Positions 18,813 through 24,578 of a stretch of 34,630 nucleotides of DNA are shown piece by piece. The position numbers were made by a program, and so were the translations under genes. The notes under the pieces were generated by a model. The model was not told the origin of the DNA, did no database searches, and saw nothing but the letters and a program-made list of their open reading frames with translations. The stretch covers positions 1-34,630 of the forward strand of contig CAZPST010000001.1 in the NCBI GenBank assembly GCA_964589185.1, written 5' to 3'. The DNA comes from an uncultured Roseivirgaceae bacterium (GTDB taxonomy: Bacteria > Bacteroidota > Bacteroidia > Cytophagales > Cyclobacteriaceae). Each line of letters starts with the position of its first letter. The stretch's first letter is position 1.

Positions 18813-19528
18813 TGGCACTAGGTAGAAATTTGAAAAAGCAATCGCTCATTCCTGATAAGGAAGATGAAAAGAAAGACACGCCCGTAGCTAAGCCGGTGAA
18901 AGTGGAAAAGAAGAAATTGATTGGCACTAAAGAAAAGTCAAAGCGAGAGCGAAAATCACCGTCATCCTTCACCGGAAGCCTGTTTCATTACATCACAGAG
19001 CAGACATTGGCGCATCGGTCAGCCGTGCGCGAAAAGTACCAATTGGAGATACAGGCACTTGCCGGCAAGTCGGTTCAGTTGATCGTATTTGATGCAGGGA
19101 GTGAGGAATTTGCCGTGGATATCTCATCTGTAAAAGAAGTGATCAGCACGCCCACGATCGCCAAAGTACCCGGCATGCCTACCTACTTCAAAGGCATGAT
19201 TAAGGTGCGAAAGAATACCGTGCTGGTGATGGATTTGGGTGAGAAATTGCGCATCTCTACAGCGGATGAATTTCCGTACACATTGCTTTTGCGCAGTACC
19301 AAGCAGCCGCTCGGCTTGCTCCTGAGAGAACTTCCCCGCACGTTCAAAGTAGACGGTGGGCGAATCACAGGATCGCTACAGGCATTGGAACGTACCTCAA
19401 GAGATGAAATATTTGTCAAGGGACTCGTCAGTTTGAATGAGAAATTGGTTTTCTACCTCGACATAGAGGAATTGGTAAACAGTGACAAGGCAGTAGTGGT
19501 ACCGGATCAATTGGCCAAAAACGAATGA
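18812..19528 (+). CDS. CheW-domain protein with ~90-aa Lys-rich N-terminal extension (ParP-like, CheW-2)
   Basis: C-terminal CheW domain (LIVFDAGSEEFAVDISSVKEVI...YFKGMIKVRKNTVLVMDL...VKGLVSLNEKLVFYLDIEELV). The N-terminus [10 protein letters not shown] is followed by a K/E-rich linker (EDEKKDTPVAKPVKVEKKKLIGTKEKSKRERK). TGATG overlap with the ParA-like gene. Confidence 0.8.
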   Translation: MALGRNLKKQSLIPDKEDEKKDTPVAKPVKVEKKKLIGTKEKSKRERKSPSSFTGSLFHYITEQTLAHRSAVREKYQLEIQALAGKSVQLIVFDAGSEEFAVDISSVKEVISTPTIAKVPGMPTYFKGMIKVRKNTVLVMDLGEKLRISTADEFPYTLLLRSTKQPLGLLLRELPRTFKVDGGRITGSLQALERTSRDEIFVKGLVSLNEKLVFYLDIEELVNSDKAVVVPDQLAKNE

Positions 19529-20562
19529 GCATGAGCAAAAGACGTCTCCAAATATTGGTCGTTGACGATTCTGCATTCATGCGGTTATTGCTCTCTGATT
19601 TGATCTCAGAGGATGATGACCTAGAGGTGGCTGGTTCAGCTACCAATGGCATGGAGGCAGCCGCCAAGGTGGCTGAGTTATCACCAGACGTAGTGCTGCT
19701 CGATCTCAATATGGGAGATTATGATGGGCTGTTTGCCGTGAAAAAAATCATGGCCGAAAAGCCTACACCCATTTTGATTTTGAGCTCAGTGGGCAACACA
19801 GACCTGAATCCCATCTTTGAAGCGTTGAAATTCGGAGCGGTGGACTATATGAACAAGCCCGATCGCAACAACTTCAAAATGCGGACGATGCATTCGGAAC
19901 TGATGAGCAAAATTAAAGCCGCCGCTCGTGCTAAGCCCCGCACACTCCCGGTTACATCTGCACCAAAAAAGGCACTCAGTCGCAAAAAGAAGTCAAATTA
20001 TGATTTACTGGTCATTGGAGCGTCTACAGGAGGGCCTTCAGCCATCGAACAAATCATCACTGACCTACCGGCAGATTTTAATTTACCGGTCATTGTATGC
20101 CAGCACATGCCTACACTTTTCATTACGCCATTTGTCAACAGACTCAATTCGCTCACTGAACTCAATGTGGTCACTGCAGCCAAGTCCATGACGCCAGTGG
20201 CCGGAACGATCATGGTGTGCCCCGGACATGCCAACACGGTGCTGCGCAAATCGGGGAGTCGGTTCGTTGTGGAATTTGACGAGACTGTCTATCGCGAATA
20301 CAACAATCCATCAATCAATGCATTGATGCGAAGTGTGGCCGAAACCTACGGTGAAAAAGCCATAGGTGTGATCCTTACGGGCATGGGCAAAGATGGCGTA
20401 GATGGATTGAAGGCCATTAAAGAAACCGGAGGATACACGATTGCTCAAGACAAGGAGAGTTGTATCATTTACGGCATGCCGAAGGTGGCCGTGGAGCAGG
20501 ATGCGGTGCGTATGTCGCTGGATATCAAAGAAATAGGGGACTATATTGTGAATAATCTCTGA
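19525..20562 (+). CDS. cheB: CheB protein-glutamate methylesterase (REC + methylesterase)
   Basis: REC domain (ILVVDDS...VVLLDLNM...NKP). Methylesterase triad contexts GASTGGP (Ser), CQHMP (His), TGMGKDG (Asp). Confidence 0.9.
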   Translation: MSMSKRRLQILVVDDSAFMRLLLSDLISEDDDLEVAGSATNGMEAAAKVAELSPDVVLLDLNMGDYDGLFAVKKIMAEKPTPILILSSVGNTDLNPIFEALKFGAVDYMNKPDRNNFKMRTMHSELMSKIKAAARAKPRTLPVTSAPKKALSRKKKSNYDLLVIGASTGGPSAIEQIITDLPADFNLPVIVCQHMPTLFITPFVNRLNSLTELNVVTAAKSMTPVAGTIMVCPGHANTVLRKSGSRFVVEFDETVYREYNNPSINALMRSVAETYGEKAIGVILTGMGKDGVDGLKAIKETGGYTIAQDKESCIIYGMPKVAVEQDAVRMSLDIKEIGDYIVNNL

Positions 20563-22259
20563 TGGATTCAAAAGAAGCCGAATATCGCCATCTGTTTCTC
20601 ATGGAAGCCCATGAGAACTACGAGAAGCTCAATAACCTGTTTATTGAGTTAGAAAGAGATCCGTCTAGTCGCAATGCCATCAATGGGATTTTCAGGATTG
20701 TGCACACGCTCAAGGGCAATGCCATGCTCATGGGGTTTGATAAAATTGCCAATCTCACACATACCATGGAGGATGTGTTTGGCGCTTTGAGTGAGAAGAA
20801 AATACTCTTGACAGCCGAACTAATAGAAATACTCTTCCGATGCAACGACAAGTTGGGCGAATTGATAAAATCAATCGAATCAGGAGACAAAGTGAGCTAT
20901 TTAGGCGTGCGCACCAAGCTCTCCGTTTATCTGAAAAATGCCTTGGAAGGGGAAGAAAGTCCTAAAGAAGAGCAGCCACAACCCGAATTTGAAGAAGTCA
21001 TCGTAGAGGAAGCTCCTGCAGAAGATACAGCCGGAATCAGTTTTTCGGATGCTGTGCAGATTCCTATTCGTAAAATGGACGATTTGCTTAATCTGGTAGG
21101 TGAATTAGTCATTGAGCGTGACAGACTGATTGCCGTGTATGGTGCAGAGGGCAAGAGCACATTGGAGTTTGAAGGTTTGAAGCGCATTTCATCCAATCTG
21201 CATTACAGCATAATGAACATTCGGATGGTGCAGATGGGCTTTATGTTCAATAAATTTCATCGAATCCTAAGAGATGCTGCAACCTCTGCAAAGAAGGAAG
21301 TGAAGCTAGTGCTGAAAGGCACAGAGGTCGAAATAGACCGCAATATTCTCAAAATCATCAGCGACTCACTCATTCATTTGGTACGAAACTCGGTAAGCCA
21401 CGGCATTGAGTCAGACGCAGATCGACAGCAGGCCAATAAGCCAAAGGAGGGAACTGTGACGTTGGAAGCCCGACATGAGAAGGACAATGTAGTGCTTACG
21501 GTAACGGATGATGGTCGTGGCATTGATACCCAGAAGATTCGTAAAAAGGTAGTAGAGAAAAAAATGGTGTCGGCAGAAGTAGCCGAAAAGCTGCGTGATC
21601 CGGAAATCATCCGCTACATCTTCGAGCCGGGCTTTTCCAGTGCAGATGCCGTGAGTGAGCTATCGGGAAGAGGCGTGGGAATGGATGTGGTGAAAAGAGC
21701 CGTGGAGTCAATAGGAGGGCAGGTTTTGGTAGATACGGTGCTCGGTCAAGGGACATCTATTCACTTGGTTTTACCATCATCATTGGCACTCAAAGGCGCG
21801 CTTTTGTTTGAAATCGATGAGCAGGAATATGCCATTGCATTGGCGTATATTCAATCCGTCATTTACCTCACCAAGAAGGATATTCACAAGATCAGCAATG
21901 GACTGATGATCAATCACCAAGACGAAACGATCTCCATCGTGTTCTTAAAGGATTTGTTAGAAACACACGACTTGTCTGCCGTGCATGAAGGTAATTTACT
22001 TCATACAGGATATAATAACACACCTGACGATGAGCAATTGAGCGTGATACTCACGACCCATTCCGGTCGCCAGCTGGGGTTAGTCGTGGATCGATTGCAG
22101 CGACAAAAGGAAGTGATTGAGAAAAAATTACCCAAACCACTCGATGGAAGTAAGCTCCTAAGTGGTACTACCATTTTAGGTTCGGGCAATGTGTGTCCTG
22201 TGGTGGATGTGGCATCCGTCATGGACACGCTGTACTTATCAGGCACCCAAGCCGACTGA
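20562..22259 (+). CDS. cheA: CheA histidine kinase (P1-linker-P3-P4-P5; no recognisable P2)
   Basis: Hpt with phospho-His context FRIVHTLKGNA (His48, nt 20703-20705). Acidic linker EGEESPKEEQPQPEFEEVIVEEAPAED. P3 is IPIRKMDDLLNLVGELVIERDRL. P4 N-box is LIHLVRNSVSHGIE, with G-boxes DDGRGID and GRGVGMDVV. C-terminal CheW-like P5. Confidence 0.9.
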   Translation: MDSKEAEYRHLFLMEAHENYEKLNNLFIELERDPSSRNAINGIFRIVHTLKGNAMLMGFDKIANLTHTMEDVFGALSEKKILLTAELIEILFRCNDKLGELIKSIESGDKVSYLGVRTKLSVYLKNALEGEESPKEEQPQPEFEEVIVEEAPAEDTAGISFSDAVQIPIRKMDDLLNLVGELVIERDRLIAVYGAEGKSTLEFEGLKRISSNLHYSIMNIRMVQMGFMFNKFHRILRDAATSAKKEVKLVLKGTEVEIDRNILKIISDSLIHLVRNSVSHGIESDADRQQANKPKEGTVTLEARHEKDNVVLTVTDDGRGIDTQKIRKKVVEKKMVSAEVAEKLRDPEIIRYIFEPGFSSADAVSELSGRGVGMDVVKRAVESIGGQVLVDTVLGQGTSIHLVLPSSLALKGALLFEIDEQEYAIALAYIQSVIYLTKKDIHKISNGLMINHQDETISIVFLKDLLETHDLSAVHEGNLLHTGYNNTPDDEQLSVILTTHSGRQLGLVVDRLQRQKEVIEKKLPKPLDGSKLLSGTTILGSGNVCPVVDVASVMDTLYLSGTQAD

Positions 22260-22262
22260 CCT

Positions 22263-23102
22263 ATGGCGTCCATGGCACCCGATATGATCAGTGATGAAGA
22301 GCTTGCAGCACTCATGCAGGCTATAAACAATCGTTACGGGTTGGATTTCACTAACTATGAGCGCACGTCATTGAAGCGGGGCATAGTCCGGCTGATGATG
22401 AAGCATAAGATGGACACCATCATTGAGTTGTGGTCCAAAGTACTCAAAGATCAAGAGTTCTTTCTGAGTGCCATTGACGATCTGCTCGTAAACCTTACAG
22501 AGCTCTTCCGTAATCCTGACGTATGGATCAAGCTGCGCGATCAAATACTGCCTGATTTTAGAGGGAAAGGTCTGAAAATCTGGCATGCCGGGTGCTCCAC
22601 AGGAGAGGAGGTATACACCATGGCCATTGTACTTGAGGTCACGGGATTGCTGCCAAATGCCCGCTTGACCGCCACAGACCTCAGTTCTACGGCACTGCGA
22701 AAAGCTGTAAAAGGACATTATCCACTGGAGGTATTGAAGCAGTACCTCGTGCCTTTTTTGAAATTTTTCCCCAATCGCAGGCTTGAAGATTACTTTGATT
22801 ATTTCGACAAGCATGCCTTGATCAAATCAAAATACCAGAACAACGTACTTTTCAAAAAGCACAACTTGGTGACTGATCCGATGTATGACAAATTCGATAT
22901 CGTTTTTTGTCGAAATGTGATGATTTACTTTGACGATAAACTAAAGAAACGGGTGCTGGATATGCTCTACAATGGCCTCAAAGAAGGGGGCTATTTGATA
23001 ATAGGATATTATGACATTATGCCGGATTATGGCAAAACATTGTTCGATCTGTATGATGTAAAAACCCGGATTTATAAGAAAAAAGTGAGTGTTAATACCT
23101 AA
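22263..23102 (+). CDS. cheR: CheR protein-glutamate O-methyltransferase
   Basis: N-terminal CheR helical domain (NRYGLDFTNYERTSLKRGI). SAM-binding motif IWHAGCSTGEEVYTMA. FCRNVMIYFD. Confidence 0.9.
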   Translation: MASMAPDMISDEELAALMQAINNRYGLDFTNYERTSLKRGIVRLMMKHKMDTIIELWSKVLKDQEFFLSAIDDLLVNLTELFRNPDVWIKLRDQILPDFRGKGLKIWHAGCSTGEEVYTMAIVLEVTGLLPNARLTATDLSSTALRKAVKGHYPLEVLKQYLVPFLKFFPNRRLEDYFDYFDKHALIKSKYQNNVLFKKHNLVTDPMYDKFDIVFCRNVMIYFDDKLKKRVLDMLYNGLKEGGYLIIGYYDIMPDYGKTLFDLYDVKTRIYKKKVSVNT

Positions 23103-23115
23103 AAAGGAAAGCTAT

Positions 23116-23475
23116 ATGCGCATACTAATAGTTGATGATTCGAGCTATATCAGATCTAGATTGAAGGTGACATTGGAAAATAGCGGTTTTACTGTGATAG
23201 GAATGGCCGAAAATGGAGAGCAGGCCATTGACATGGCCATGGATTTAGGACCCGATATTATTACATTGGATAATATCCTGCCGGACATGACAGGTGTAGA
23301 CGTGCTGAAGGCGCTTAAAGATCACGAAGGTCTTACCAAAATCATCATGATAAGTGCCGTAGGACAGCAATCAGCCATCGCCGAAGGATTAGCCAATGGG
23401 GCAAGTGAGTACATCGTGAAGCCCTTTCAGGACGAAGAATTATTGCAAATCATCAAAAATATCAGCAAAGACTAG
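23116..23475 (+). CDS. cheY: CheY-like single-domain response regulator (CheY-1)
   Basis: ATG at 23116 (MRILIVDDSS). Phospho-acceptor context ITLDNILPDMTG. Ser/Thr (ISAVG). CheY-type aromatic switch and Lys (SEYIVKPF). Confidence 0.85.
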   Translation: MRILIVDDSSYIRSRLKVTLENSGFTVIGMAENGEQAIDMAMDLGPDIITLDNILPDMTGVDVLKALKDHEGLTKIIMISAVGQQSAIAEGLANGASEYIVKPFQDEELLQIIKNISKD

Positions 23476-23555
23476 TGACGATTAAGTAGAAACCCTTAGA
23501 AGATTATCGTCATGGTTGGCTATCTTGTATCTTATTAATCACCAACATAATCCGT

Positions 23556-24152
23556 ATGATCTCCAGCTTAAATGAAAACGAAATGAAGGTGGCCAGCAAA
23601 TTGATATTTGATGGTCTTTCTATGGCTAAATCGTCCATGGAGCAAATCCTGCAAAGCCCAATTACTATCCAAAAAATAGATTATAATGATGAAGCTGGCA
23701 TCCATCGCTTTTATGATGGCGGAGAAGGGGATGTGCACCTCATTAAAACTGAATTAATGGGGGAATTAAAGGGCGTCAGTCATTTGATTTTTTCGGCTGA
23801 TGAAGTGGCAAAATTGTACAAAGCGTGCTTGCCCGATCACGTTACTTTTGATGATTCTAATGAGAGTGCCTTGATGAAATTGGGCTTTCTCACAGAGATA
23901 GACAACATGGTGGCAGGAGCGGTCATTACAGAGTTTTCTAATTTCCTTGGCGTAGAGATATATGGTATGGTACCTTCGCTCACAGTAATGCATGCCAATG
24001 AAGTGAATGCCTATTTAGATGCTGAATCCACCGATATGGATTCTGTGATCCATTTCAAAGCTGTTTTTCACGGCAAAGAATTGGATATTTCCCCTGATTT
24101 CGTCTGGGTCTTCCATGATAAATTTGTGGACAAAATCAAGGGACTAGTATAG
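23556..24152 (+). CDS. CheC-family (CheC/FliY/CheX superfamily) CheY-P phosphatase-like protein with one intact and one degenerate site
   Basis: The second half carries a full E-x2-N-x22-P motif (E114-I-D-N117 ... P140 in LTEIDNMVAGAVITEFSNFLGVEIYGMVP). The first half keeps the spacing (E9-x2-V12-x22-P35) but Asn is replaced by Val. The 198-aa size fits CheC. Confidence 0.6.
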   Translation: MISSLNENEMKVASKLIFDGLSMAKSSMEQILQSPITIQKIDYNDEAGIHRFYDGGEGDVHLIKTELMGELKGVSHLIFSADEVAKLYKACLPDHVTFDDSNESALMKLGFLTEIDNMVAGAVITEFSNFLGVEIYGMVPSLTVMHANEVNAYLDAESTDMDSVIHFKAVFHGKELDISPDFVWVFHDKFVDKIKGLV

Positions 24153-24193
24153 TACGATATTGAATTGAAAGAAACTTAACTGAGAATATAATT

Positions 24194-24556
24194 ATGAGTA
24201 AGAGTGTGTTGATTGTGGACGATTCCATCTACATGAGATCATTGATAAAGTCGGCTCTTACGGGTGCCGGCTATAATGTGGTAGGTGAAGCGCAAAATGG
24301 TGAACAGGCGATAGATCTGGCAATAGAATTACAGCCCGACCTAATCACCCTTGACAATATTTTGCCCGATATGATGGGGTTTGAGATTCTTAAAGTCCTA
24401 AAAGATGAAGGCGTAGAATCTAAAGTCATTATGGTAAGTGCCGTAGGGCAGCAGACAGTGGTCAATAAGGGACTGTCGTTAGGAGCCTCAGAGTACATTG
24501 TGAAACCTTTTACAGAGGAAGATTTGGTTTCTGTAGTAAATAGGGTAATTTCCTGA
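24194..24556 (+). CDS. cheY: CheY-like single-domain response regulator (CheY-2), close paralogue of CheY-1
   Basis: VLIVDDS; ITLDNILPDMMG; VSAVGQQ; GASEYIVKPF. It shares long identical stretches with CheY-1 (NGEQAID, ITLDNILPDM, SAVGQQ, GASEYIVKPF). Confidence 0.85.
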   Translation: MSKSVLIVDDSIYMRSLIKSALTGAGYNVVGEAQNGEQAIDLAIELQPDLITLDNILPDMMGFEILKVLKDEGVESKVIMVSAVGQQTVVNKGLSLGASEYIVKPFTEEDLVSVVNRVIS

Positions 24557-24578
24557 TGTAAGCGCGTCACACAAACGA

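Noticed and set aside
22368-22814. 148-aa antisense ORF within cheR, and similar shadow ORFs in cheA (22001-22330), the esterase gene (5098-5472), the GNAT-nitrilase gene (14218-14700) and the usp gene (34042-34566)
   Set aside because: All lie fully inside ORFs with strong family motifs on the opposite strand or another frame. None has a signal, motif or sensible start context.
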